64,000 bases of DNA from Tubulanus polymorphus. Taxonomy: Eukaryota > Animalia > Nemertea. Numbering within the stretch: the first letter of the stretch is position 1; the number at the start of each line of letters is the position of its first letter. The stretch spans positions 16,727,807 through 16,791,806 of the forward strand of contig NC_134031.1 of assembly GCF_964204645.1 (NCBI RefSeq). The letters are read 5' to 3'. Both the position numbers and the translations under genes were made by a program. Below are positions 1 to 13,401 of the stretch, one piece after another. The notes beneath the pieces were generated by a model that searched no databases, had not been told where the DNA came from, and was given only the letters and a program-made list of their open reading frames with translations.

Positions 1-293
1 GGAAATCAGGGAATTTTTTTTTTTTTCGTTAAAAATGTCAGGGATTTTTGTAAAAAACCTTAACACCTTAAAGTCTTAGTAAATTGATGAGATTGCTAGA
101 TTGTGTGTAAAATCAAACAGTTTCCGTCTATGTCTTATGTATTTGTGTTAGTTGATTGAATTCTTAACAGATCAAGTCAGGGAAAACAATGTGCCTGTCA
201 GGGAACAGTCAGGGGAAAAGAAAAACAAGTAGAAAAAAGCGGCTACCCTTTGTCAGATCGACCAACGAAATATTTATTTGTCATTTATTTCAG

Positions 294-3200
294 ATTTACT
301 CAAAGGCAGTTGAGATGGCGATTACAGCTAGCTTACGTCGCACGCGACGAAAATCAAAATATATTCACGGCCGAACACCTGGCGGCGATTCACAAAATCG
401 AACGCGCCATCATCGAACACAAACAATTTCCCGATTTCTGTTTAAAACTGGGAACTACGGTTAAAAACGACGACCCCGTTTTGCGGCACTATAAAGGCTG
501 CTCGCCGCCGAATTCGTTACTGTCGTATTTCTATCCGTCGAAAGATAAAAACGGCGTGTTGCACTACGACGGTCTCGGCAGTCAACTGATCAACGTCGAG
601 AGCGCGTTACGATTCGCGATGACTCACGATTCGTTTTATTATTTCGTCGGCGACCAGTTCAATTCCACTGAGCGTAAAGGCAATCTTATTCATACGGAGA
701 TCGTGTTCGGCGCTCCTTTGAGAGGTAAGTTTGAGACGTTGTTCCGACTCTTCTCACAGTGCCAGATAGGAAAACTTGGCGTAATTTCGCAATGATATTT
801 TCCTGTTCGGAAATGTGATAGACTTTCCTCTGATCCAGGACCACCCTTTTGAAAATCAGCCACTACCTGAGTGGATGTCAATATACTTTCAATACTGATA
901 ATAAATTGCTGTGAAATATATTGAGCTAATGTGAAAATAGAAGATTACACCAAAGTCAAACGAAAATGTTCGTTTTTTGGGGGGGATTGAAAGCCTTGCT
1001 ACTTCAGCTGCCCCGATGTCATACGCTTAACAATGAATGAAGCCCCTTTAAAAGAATTCCAGCATATGGAGAACACTGGCGTTTGCTATGAATTGATTAA
1101 AAACATCTTTTCTCTAGGTTATCTTGGTATTAGTGATCGAAGAGAGGAACAAGACTCAAGATTCAGGGATTTCATTATAAGTTATATCGATTTATTCAAG
1201 AAAGCTTCAACCGAGTAGGTCCAACTCTTACTGTCTAACGCTATCGAAAACCATATCTACCCAGACCTGACCTACAACTATTCGAGAGTAGTTTCTACCC
1301 TTTCTAAGAGCTCTACTCTCAAAAATATCAAAATACTCTCATAATCAGAATAATTTTTAGTTCAATTAGAATTTAACTATTATTTAGACATTAAAAATAA
1401 CTCTGATTCGTAGTTAAAACTAGTAGAATTAGAAATATCAGGTGTTCTGGTCTGAATCTATACTTCAATTTAAATATTCCAGTCTGCCGAATTTTCGAAT
1501 GTAAATTTTTCATTGTCGTTTGAAATGTTTCAGTAAAGTATTGGTATTGTACGGAGGCGGTGAGATATTTGACTACGAGGTCGATCACACGTTCTGGAAC
1601 GACATGCACCTCGCCGAGTTCAGTTTCGCGTCGATAGTCATCATCATGTTGGCGTTGACGTCGTTTTCGCTGTGGCTCACGTGGTGGGGAATCGTGTCGA
1701 TCGTGCTCAGTTTCCCGATGTCGATATTCTTCTATCGAGTCGTGTTCGGTATTACGTCGTTGGGGATATTGAACGGAGCCGCCGCGTTCGTCATTATAGG
1801 CATCGGTAAGTTCGTAAGCGCTTGTCGGACAAAGGAATCAATTAACATAAATCATACTACGATCATCCTTGAAATAATGGGGCACCGGCATAAACCAGAT
1901 GGCACGACAATACATTCAGTCATATGTAGTGAAAATCAGTTCATTTTCGATGAACTTTCAATTGGACTTTTAGGCTCCGAATGGAAATGTTGTCAAACAT
2001 GTGTTGTCATCACATAGATATAAGATAAACGTTCCCAATATGTGTAGTATTATAGTTTTACTGGAAATTGATTTACTAACCAATTTAATTGAAATGTAGA
2101 AGAAATTAAAGCGCGATAACCCAGTGGCACTAGCGATCCTGGTGGATCCTCACCTGCCATAGGTGGAATCCTCGATTGCCACAATAGCGGTACCACATTG
2201 AATGAAATTGTTTGCTGTCCCTCAGCATGCCGTCCATCATCTTGTGTCTCAGACAAAACTGAGCTTATTTCTGTGCTTGATCCCAAAGGTCTAGGAACTA
2301 TGAGGGAATTTTGGATCCCCTGATCCGTGAGTATCCTGGAATTTTTATCTGTTATCCGTTGAATGAAATGAGTCAAACAACAGATATCTTTCAGGTGTCG
2401 ATGATGTATTTGTGTTTATAAACATATACAGACAACTGAATCATATGAAGAATGACGGTGAGCGTATGTTAAAGACGGTGTGTACGGCTGGAAAGGCTAC
2501 GTTGTTTACGTCCTTCACTACGGCTGCTGCATTCGCGGCCAACGTCGCTTCATCCGTAAGTTACTAAAATTTCAACTTTCACGAACAAATCGAATTCGAT
2601 TCTAGATTTCGTATTTCTTAATGAAGAAAAATCGGATTCTATATATTTGAAAACGATGAAAATTCCTGTTGGGTATTTCGCAATTCGAATGACATTGTCT
2701 GTCGTAGGTTCCTCGAATCTGGAATTCTAAGTATGCTAGATTTATATCGCTGCTTTCTCTTTTCAGATACCGGCGATCCACGATTTCGGTTTGTTTATGG
2801 CGTTAATGGTCGCCTGCTGTTGGATTATGGTTATGCTTATAATGCCGCCTGCCTTGAACATCTGGAGTAAAATGACACCGATGTGGAACAGATGTTTCGA
2901 TAAATGGTAACCTCTAATGTATTGGCATTTTCTCCTCTCGTCGAATCGATGATTTTAACATTTTTGACACGTGTCTTTCGATTAGAATTGTTAAGCTATA
3001 GAAATTTAACAAAAATCTTTCAACGAATGCCATTTCATTTCATTAATGTCCTGTGCATCTAAAGTCTGATATCCTTGATATCTGAAGTGTGTAATCCTAT
3101 CGAATAACCTATGATATATAAAAGTATTTTTCAATTAATCTGATGCATAAGCAATGAATTGGTCCTGGTTATAGAATTTCATACCTGGTAATTCAGTTTT

Positions 3201-6200
3201 TTACCTGCAACACCTCATAATGCAAAAACAAATTTGATTGCCTTGTAAATTGAATACACTGTACTCCCGATCCAGAGTACAAACTGACTATTCATGTCAG
3301 AGTAAATGTAGTTAGTAGCAAAAAATGATGTTGTTTTAACCTTTTAGAGCCTGTATTGTATTATCTAACTGGTATTTTGCAGTTGTGGTCGGGTAGCCTG
3401 TTGTATAAAGAATCCCCTAACGATGGGATTACAGTTGCCCAGGGATATACAACAGTTCCTCAGCACGAACTCAGCCCTAGTCGCTGATGATGATGATGAT
3501 GATTATGATAATGAGGATGGAGAGACAGACGTTCCATTATTGCATATCGAGAATGCAGCAGGGGAGGGTAAGCAATGGATTCGATATTATGATGTATTAC
3601 AGTAGACCTTACTCAATACCAGTCAAAGCCTTGTATTTTACTGAAATTTATTTTGTGAAGTTTTGAACTTTTCCAATTCTCAGCTCGGTATCTGGTCAGT
3701 TTGAGCGATATTTTCAATAAGGCAGAGTCTATTCTTTATTTTGCTGGTAGTTAGGTATAAGTCAATAATACATACAATTGAATGAAATGAATACAATGAA
3801 ATATTGAAATATATATTTAGCAGGGTTAGCCTATTTAAAGTGAGCACTTGTAGCAACAGGTATCCAAATACACACTCCATTCCCTCCCACAAATTCGCAC
3901 ACTCACACACATGGTCTACTGCTATTTCATATATATTTCGTTATTCATATCCCGATCATTACTCCGCGCATTTTCTTCATGTAGAAATTTTCTCTATGTT
4001 TTAGGATTATGGGACAGCGATGAACCGTTGATACAGTTGGAACAGGAATTATTGAGTAATAGCAGTGCTGGTACGAGTAAATGTGATCTAGCTGGTCGTA
4101 TACAAGTGTTGATTTACTATTTCATTGCAATTCCTGTGATAAAGGCACGATGGTTAATATTTGGTAAGTGAGCTCGTTCTGGCATAAAAGAAAAGTCAGC
4201 GTATATTCCTACAATGTACGAGAACACTGCATTCAATAAAAATGCTGATATATCGTTATAGTCAAAATGTACAATGCTTTTATATGAAATGTATGTGAAA
4301 AAAACCGATTGATAAGTACTGGTAGTGAATGGGATGTGCTTTGATATCACCGGGATGCCTGTTCCTTTGTAGGCTGCACGTTATATGTATAGTCTGTTCA
4401 GTATCAGTTGAGGGTAGTTCATCAAGAGAACACATAACATCTCAATATCTTGGTAGTTCCACTTCTGCCATCATTGCCACTACGAGTTATCTCGTATCTG
4501 ACCATTCATTCACTGTTAGTTATTCGCCCTCTGACACAGTTCCTGATTTGCTGGCGATGTGAACAAAGTAATTGCTGCTACGTGGAACCTCATTAGAATG
4601 ACTTCGGATTATGAAATATCAGTTATTATAAACCTAGAATTTTTTTCGAAAATTGGAAAATTGAAACAAGGTTCGATCACAGTCAGGGGTGGACCCTGTG
4701 CCCTCTTGAAAATAGTGTGGCAATATTTTTCAGGGCACTCTTTCCACCCGCAACTTATGATAAGACAGTTGTCCGCAGCATAAAATTTAGCTTTCTCTTG
4801 AATGTCCCTCAAGTACCTTGGTGGAAATTATACGAAAATGCACTGAAGTTTCAAAATTTTCAAGATCCTTGTTTTAGCTGCATGGATACTTAACTCGCCC
4901 TTCTTCAATGTATATGCCCTTTAGATAGAAGCAATGATGGCAGCTAATGTGTTAATGATAAAACTTCAAAATCAGAACTACTCAAGACCCATTGGTGCAC
5001 TCAACTTAATACGCTGGACAGACAAATCCTTGCAATACCAGAATTCCTTGCTTTCTTTGATCTTTCCTTTCAAAGTATCGATATTCCAAATGCAAACTGT
5101 ATAATTGCAGCAATATTTACTATGATATTAATCATCTGCTGTGTCCTCGTGCCTCAACTACACGTAGCTACACATCCACCACAGCTATTCAAACCAACCT
5201 CTAATTTACAACAATTCTATGATCTGAAAGCTAACCTCAGTAATTCGGCAATTCGCTGCGACGATTGCTCCGGACTTTTTACGGTAAGTATATTAAGCCC
5301 GATTTTGCAATACCGCTGATCACAAATTACATATGATTGTCATTGGATTAACTATCGGTACAGTTGAACCCTCGTATTAGAGTTCAGGCTTCAGTACAAA
5401 AAATCCTGCTACAGTCAAACTTGGTGAAGTCACTATCAGATAAATAGTTATAACACATAAGTTGTCTAGTTTTGCGTCCAAATTTGTATTTGTGATTCAA
5501 TTTATTCGGCATAAGTCATAATCATTCAAGTTGTCAGTGTAACAATCTTCGCAACTTCAGCAACTTAACCAAGATTGAGTGTTTTGCATGATTAAAATTT
5601 AGAAAAATTATTTGTCGAATGGTAATCATTGTATTGGGGTTTGACTGTATATTGTTGATGTAAGCCGAATGATTAGATAAAAGTAGATGAGTTAATCAGC
5701 CATTTTAATTGCTGTATAAAATTCCCATTCGAAATATGAAATGATAGCAATATCTTTTGCTCTACAAATGCACAGGTTACAAATGAAGGCACAAAAGATA
5801 AAAAGACTGCAAACAGTGATAAAACCGAAGAGATTAATAAAGATCTTGAAGCGATTTCTAAAAATAAAACCCAACTGAACGTCATCGATGATATACGGAA
5901 CGGGACGCTTAAAGCATCGGAGAAATCGAAACGATTTACGAGTAATAACTCGAATATTATAGAACCTGATCATCATCGGAATGCAGAGTCCACTCCAGCA
6001 GCGTCTGCTAATGTCGCAGACGATCCTGACAACGGTTCGGCGGCGAAAGATTTCAAACCGTGCGGCAAAAATGGAGAGAAATGCAAATATCAAGCGAGTG
6101 CGCCAGTACTCGAAACCGATGCAGCAGTGTTTGTAGTGTTCGGTATACTAGGCATAGATCGTAGTAACGTGTCTACAAATCATGTTCTAACTCAGAAGGT

Positions 6201-8936
6201 TAGTTGAACGCGTCGAAATGGAACGGCAGTAGCAAATATGATTCTTTAGTTTTGAATTGATTCGCGTTATTTCAGGGTAGCGTAATCTACGATAAGAAGT
6301 TCGAAAACGCCTTTAAAGATTTTCCGCGCATGCCTGGCAGCGGCGATGTGATCAAAGATCTGTGTCGAATCTGTAAATTGTTCGCTAACAACACGGAACT
6401 CGTTAAACCGAAAACAGCTCAATGTCTTCCAACCTGTAAGCACTCGGGTTCATTATGAGAACTTCGTAATAAGGATCATTGATTTATTACGTACGCATAA
6501 AATTTGAAAGCGACCCCCCTCCCTGCATGTACGCAAAATCGACCATTTTTTCATTTACATTAACCCTTTCAGTGCGTCTACATCGCAGTGCGGTGTACGA
6601 AGCAGTGATGGATTTTGCTAGTACACCGCACTGTGGTGTATTGATTTAATTAGTAATTACTAATTATCTCTCTTGAAAGATGGCAGCACCTGTCAAACAT
6701 AGTGAAATATTGGTAACTAACGATACACCGCGCTGTGATGTGGACGCATTATAGTGATATTCCCGTTATTTAACACTCTAGGGTGGAATTTTTCAGAATT
6801 TTCAAATTATCTTCAGCACTATAGGGTATTAATTAGCCAGCACTGAAAGGGTTAAGCATTACAGTACGCTATTGCACCGACCCCTCCCCTAATGCGTACG
6901 AAGTAAATCAATGACCCCATAATATGCGTTACAATGTTTAGGCTTGTTTCATGTGTATCGTTATGTGGTTGTTTTTCAGATGGTATTCCGGACTTTATCT
7001 TCAATCAATACGACGAATGCAAAAACTTGCCGAAAAACCATCGAGTATACCACCAACAGTTACCGGTTAGAGCTCTGATGGGATTCAGTAATCACGGAAT
7101 GTTACAATGGATGTCTTTTGCCTTTGAATCGGTAAATAGAATAGTTCGATGTTACAGTTTCGATATAATTTCGACATCGCTCTTTCAGTGTTGATATTCT
7201 TTTTTTTCGAACAGACTACAAAGAAAAGTGAATCGTATTTCGAAGCCTACAAACAGTACTTGAAATGGGAGGAATTCTTGAATCATATCAAAACTAACGT
7301 CCTCACTGCCGATTCTCCGCTGCAGAGCATCTTTCATACATCTAGATTCTGGGAAGATGTAAGTACAATTCAACCGATTTTTTTCGCCGGAATGTCCGTC
7401 TTACGCAATGCTTTCAACTGAATTTCAATTTCGACAGGTATTGAAGGAAATCGTCGCAGTAAGCAGTGCCATCTACGGTTTGATTCTGTCGTTATTCATA
7501 TGTACGGCTGCTGTCGCGATATTTACGGGACACATTGTATTATTAGCGATCATATTCGTTACAATTGTTGGTAAGTAATGATATCTCTACCTCTTTACTC
7601 TTTGGAAAATATGACATGGCAGTTCAAGTGGAGCAAAATCTGTTCGTTTCGACCTGTATACGCCTTATGCCGTAACAGTATAATCTGCTGATTGAAAAAA
7701 GACCAGTAGAGAGTTAGTAATCCAGAATCGCTAATACCTTCGATTGAAACTTGTCTAACACAATCTTATCTTAGATATTGTAATATTTGCAGGAATGATT
7801 TTGTTAGTGGTGGCTATATTTTTTATGTCTGGATGGGAGATGGGTGCGACTGAAGCGGTGTCATTATCTATACTAGTCGGATCATCGGTAGATTATTGTG
7901 TTCACCTAGTGGAAGGGTATTTACTCGCAGGTGTCAATCCACCGCTTCACGCTATGGAGGTATGTATTTATCGTGACACCTCTTAATCTGGATCAGTGTA
8001 ATCTGCATTTCGACCTGATCCACATATTATTCATGGTCCATGAAATGTACTGGTATATAGAATATGTTTAATCCGGATTCTCAGCAGATTCTTTGGTCTA
8101 AAATGATTTGAAGCAGGTTCTTCTGAACTGTAGGGGCAGATCTAGGAAAATTGGAAGGCAGGGGTCAAAAATTTTTTAGATCAAGCTGGGCATCATAAGC
8201 TATTAGTGGGGTCCCACCCTCGCTGTTGGATATTTTCTTAAGAAAAACATCCGAAAATATGCAATTTCGAAGTGGATGAGTCTCAAATTAGCAGGTTTTA
8301 ATGATCTACATGTATGCCTTGATGCTACCTCAATAGAAAAGCAGGGCCCCGGACCCCGAGACCACCCCCTTAATCGGCCCCTGTACTGGTGACAATATTT
8401 TTGAAATATATCCAAATATCACTATCTATAGGATAGTGATACTGTAATATAGATTTTGTCGTCCAGCCGGGTTAAAATAGAAGTGGAGAATGAAAATATT
8501 TACATTTACTCTTTCCATATCAACTTGTGAATTGTACCAGTAGTTATGAATTTTCCCTGAATTTCAGAGCAAACAGAAACTACGCGAATGGAGAACGAAG
8601 GCGGCCGCGAGTCACATCGGCGTATCGATACTGAGCAGCGCCATCACGACCGTAGTCGCCGCGATTCCGTTGACGCAAACGATGATTCAACCGTTCGCGA
8701 AATTCGGTCAGATCGTCACGATGAACACGACCGTATCGATTTTATACACGTTGACCGTGTGCATCGCGTTTCTCGCCATATTCGCGCCGGCGAATTATAC
8801 GAGTTCGTGCAAATCGCGAGTCATTTCGATTCTCGCCACGGGGACTGTAATCGGCGCGTTCGTTTTGGTATTATACGTATTATCGTTGTGCGGCGTAGCT
8901 ATACCGGGACCGAGTGGGGAGAGTTTGTTCGGTTAA
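294..8936 (+). CDS. DISP3: Protein dispatched homolog 3 / patched domain-containing 2 (RND, sterol-sensing domain), multi-exon, 5' part lies outside the window
   Basis: The exon from 294 encodes WRLQLAYVARDENQNIFTAEHLAAIHKIERAIIEHKQFPDFC..CSPPNSLLSYFYP, resembling the DISP3 first luminal loop. SSD motif IIGIG|VDDVFVF spans the 1806/2395 junction, followed by TAGKATLFTSFTTAAAFAAN. Second RND half has SILVGSSVDYCVHLVEGY (~7860-7920) and FAKFGQIV; stop TAA ends at 8936. Introns are GT-AG. Confidence 0.88.
6471..6919. mobile_element. Host MITE with ~26-bp TIRs (Harbinger-like), interrupted by the piggyBac-like MITE
   Basis: Left ggatcattgatttattacgtacgcat matches the reverse complement of right atgcgtacgaagtaaatcaatgaccc; TAA is adjacent to both ends. 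Confidence 0.6.
6564..6851. mobile_element. piggyBac-like MITE (288 bp)
   Basis: TIRs CCCTTTCAGTGC (6564-6575) and GCACTGAAAGGG (6840-6851) are flanked by TTAA on both sides (6560-6563, 6852-6855). Confidence 0.8.
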
Positions 8937-10019
8937 TCGTCAAAAACCACCAAGCGCGAAGATATGTTTTCTAGTCCTAAGTGATTGGTGATTTATCGAG
9001 ATATTGTGATACGGCTCATATTAGATTCAATATGGAATGGATTCAGCTCTGATAAATGATATTAGTATTGGATTTATTGATGTTTTTACTTTATTTGGTT
9101 TTACAAACCATTGATCTTTTTTTTTTAAAGAAATGATAATTTTACAATGACACTGATTAATGATGAATTGAAATAATGGATAGTGCAGTAATGCAAAAAA
9201 GGTCTCCCAACTTTTTGAAATATGATTACACCAGGTACTGTATATGTAAACTTAAACAAGGGTTTTAATGTGTTGCGGATTTTCAGTTACCGAGAATACA
9301 CTCGTGCTATATCAAGTATGTCTCGGACTTTCTTAAATGTAGATACTGAATAAATATGGTGGTTCACTTAGCACAGCATTTAAAAGAAAATGTATTGATG
9401 GTTCTGATTGTGAATTTTGAATATGTTGAAGGAAGTGAAGTAGAATTGATTTTTTAGTTGATTTTGAGAGAGTATTGATGATGTGTATGATATATTTTAA
9501 TGATCACAAGTAATGTCACTGACTGTCTGTCTGTCTGATATTGATTCAATCTCAAATTACATGAAATGTTATGTGTATGAAATAAACGATTCAATCATTC
9601 TAAAAATTATTTCTTACGTCTTGTATTTTCACGTTCGTGGCTCATCGCTTGGTGATTATGAATTTAATTTATGCCATTACCCAAAAGATCACCATTTATC
9701 CATTGGGTGCTCCTTATGTTTATCTGTCCATTAAAACAAATTATCACTGGTCTAATATAAGCGGCGAAAAAGTCTTCAAGGGTAGTTCCAAGCTGCAGAG
9801 TGATACCCGTTCTAGATAGGGGCCTGTATGCTGAAGGAAGCATTAATTTCGATTCCTTATAAATTCAAGGATGTTCCAACAAATTACTCGTAACAGATTA
9901 TGGTATATTTAAATGCGTATGATTATATGAACAGTGTGTACGAATAGTAGCCTCAAAATTCAGACTTTATCTCATAGAAATCGAAGCACAGATGAAAGAA
10001 ATTGATCATTAATTGATGT

Positions 10020-12866
10020 CTATTCAGAGGATAAACCGTCCGGCTTGAAATACCACTTTTTCTGCAGCGTATAAGTTGGATTAGGAGTCATTTTTTCACC
10101 TGTTTCCGTCGTGAAGCTATCAGCAACCTTTTGATTGACCTGTAATGATACAAGTTTGAGTGTATTAGCAAGACGTGCTCTTGCAATGAAACAATTGCCC
10201 ATGGGCCAATAGTTCAATCACTTTCTTTTTAAAATCGAAAGTTGGGCTTTTTTGTATTGTTTGCTCATAAAGAATTGAGTGACGATAAAGTAGGTGATGA
10301 ATTAAATTATTTAAAGAAATTGGCAGTGGACTCATAGTCGAGTCTGACATTAGATCACAACCTTTTTTAGCATTATACTCATTACTTTCCAAGGAGTCAA
10401 CAGTTATAGTCTAAATTGGTTCTTTGCATGATCCGCAGTATCAGACAACAACGGTAAGACAAAACCTGATATAACGATGGTTCATATCTTACTTTAGTCA
10501 ACAAATCCAATGCGTGTTCATCATGAGCATGGGAGCTGAATACCTCGCACAATGCTTGAATATACCAGCTTCCTTTTTCTTTATTACGCCATGAAACATA
10601 ACCTACAAGTATGCAAACAAGTAACACAATACACCGTCAAACATTCTTAATCGTTAACTGCGTTAAGAAATCTAGAGAAAATTCCTACCAGGCAAAGTAG
10701 AGAAGCCAATCAAGAGATCTGTAAAATTAGGCCATTTTTGAGACATCATCTGAACATCATTTTGGCATTTGGAGGTTAGTTTGTTTCTCGGAGGATCTGG
10801 GTCACTATCAGGAAAACCACCGCTACCATCACTATCAGTTGCTTGTACATTTACTATAGTACCACCATCCTTCATACCTGCAATCAATATTTAACATGAC
10901 TGCCATTCGTTAAATGGTAAGGACTTTGTTTCAGTTTTTGTTAACTATAAGTTCTCATTTACTCACCCCCACGACACGCTTGTATGATGAATAACTTCGG
11001 TTTTGTTTTCAAGGCGTCACAATTTCCGAACAAGCCGACTATTCCATTTAACTCGACTGTATCTAAATCAGTTCCGTACACGACATCTTTCGATCCGTGC
11101 GTAAGAATAGCAAACGCACACGAATCAACGAGATTGTGCTGTGGTTTTGAAACAAATTCATTCACTGCTTTCACAATATCCTGAAACATTTAAAAAATAA
11201 ATTTCACGTGAATCAGAGGCCAATTTTGAAGAACTCAAAAGAGCACTTTGATGTCCAAAAGGGCATTATTAGGTGTACTCCCACACTGAGGGGTTTATTT
11301 TGAAGGACTTTTCAAGTTCCGAAAGGGCACTATTAAAGGCAATATTGAGCATACTCACGCACTGAAATGCACCAACAATCATCTTTGTTGAAAAAAGGAA
11401 AAGGGGAACTAAAAAATTTGATAGACTTGCAAAAGTCTCATAAGTCCCCCTGAGAATCTATAAACATAATCAATGATTCAGTGATAGACATATGTATATA
11501 AAAACTTACCACTGCTTTTAGGTTATTTTTAATCACGATTTTGAAACCGAGCTGTGAGAAAAGTGTTTCCAAATTCTTGCAATCGATATCGGTACCATTC
11601 CGATCCCACCCCGAACTGACGAATGTTTTATTATTAATGATCAGCATATATCCTTTAGGTGATGATTCTACTTTATACATCTAGATAGAAATGAAATTCA
11701 CAAATAACTCGATTCCTTCCTGAACTATTTTGCAATTTTAGACTATTGAAGATAGTGATATCTAACAAAAGAACTTACACTTTTACTATCTCTAGAAAGC
11801 TTTTCTCGTAAATCACTAGGAGTTGCAGATACTTTAATAGGCAAAATACCTTGGGTTTTAAAAAGCTCTGTAAAATAGATATGGTTATAGATACACGTTC
11901 AAAGTGAACATCAGGTTTTGTAGTTGGTCTCGTGCGATCATACGAATTTCACAGTGTCGGCCATCTTGGAACAATGTCTGTATCACAGCGAATAGTGAAC
12001 AGTGCAATTGGGCATTCTGACAATCTGAATTTCAGAAAATCTGAACTACAGCCAGAAAATATCCTATTTTCTGGCTATAATTCAGATTGTCAGAAATTCA
12101 CTTAGTTCACTAATTTAACTTAGTTCGCAAATAGTAGACTAACTCCGATAACCGAAGTTCATCACCTGTGAACTGGTGATCACAATTTGAACACTGCGTG
12201 CTTACCATCAGAAGCCTGTATCGGTTTACTAGTATCGGGATCGTCAAATGAACCTCTCTTCTTTCCGCTAAAATCCATTAAACAAAATGAAGGTTCATAA
12301 ATCTTGATTAGATAGTCTTAACCAATATTCTTCAATGTTATACATCAAAATCAATTGCTTTAAGCAAAAAATAGAAGGCAATTCTAGATAAATCAAGTCA
12401 TAGTCATTAAGACTACCTTATTTCAGCTTCTGTACTAAGCAGTTTATCTCGTATGTGACATTGTTCGGACTCTTCTAACGCTTGTAGAAATAGTTCGTAT
12501 GCTTTAGGTCCTCTTGTCGGTAGTTCTGTCAGCATCAATCTCGCCTGATCAACATTCGTCTTTTCTCCCTATAATATGATAAAGATTAATTGTATCAATG
12601 ACGAGGCCTCTGAAAATTGTACCCATACTTTCTAAAAAGTGGATATATCTATGAAGTGTTTACTTCTGTTATTTTATCTTACATCATTGTAAAAATTATA
12701 ATATTAACTAATGTATTAACAAGCTAAGGCCTACCTTGAATTTTTCAATCATGTTGTCACTGAATATACATTTAGAAGGCAGTATATCCCAAAGCAAATC
12801 CATCTCTAGATTTTTTGTCAAATAAGGGCGACATTTTCGAAGAACGTCTTTATGAAGTTTTTCCAT
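10020..12866 (-). CDS. CARD-containing initiator caspase (caspase-9/caspase-2-like), about 9 exons
   Basis: Exon 1 12866-12735 MEKLHKDVLRKCRPYLTKNLEMDLLWDIL.. and exon 2 from 12568 ..QARLMLTELPTRGPKAYELFLQALEES form a CARD. p20: MYKVESSPKGYMLIINN, ILTHG and KPKLFIIQACRG (catalytic His and Cys). p10: DLLIGFSTLPG|YVSWRN..GSWYIQALC. Ends TLQKKWYFKPDGLSSE*. Confidence 0.9.
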
Positions 12867-13401
12867 CAGTACACGGCGAAATTAAAATATCCCAGCAGAA
12901 AGAGGTTTCACTTTCAGTTTGACAGTTGAACTGCTCGACGACCTTCAGAATGCCTCATATGTTTGTATCTGAATCAATTCAATATGAGCCGTCAAGTGCT
13001 GCCGCTATCCTTGGTGGTGAACTGGTGAACTATATTACTCGCATGCCGCAGTAGATACAGTTGTTTGGTGATTTTGACATATTTGCTGGTTTTGTTCGTG
13101 ACCCACACCCGTAAATATTTTTTTTTGAGTTTGTGTCAGTATTTTAGTCGACAAACTGATCAGTAGGAGACTACTCTTCCAAGCCTGGGTGGTGTTTACC
13201 AAGAACGTCCGGACTAAACGGATGATTTTTAGCTTAAATAAAATTTGAATTGAATTGAATCAATCGTTCGGCAAACTCCGTCAATTTCCGTCGATCATTG
13301 TCACTCATTGCGCGAAAGCCCGAATGAACTCAATTTGCCAACTGCATCGCTAACAAAATACGATTTATTCGAACGTTTGTAACGATTAATTAACTACGAA
13401 C
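12867..13401. promoter_or_regulatory. Divergent promoter region, caspase/RCC2
   Basis: Head-to-head start codons are 535 bp apart. Confidence 0.55.

Noticed and set aside
5692-6093. 133-aa minus-strand ORF
   Set aside because: Antisense to a DISP3 exon (~5777-6198); no independent coding signal.
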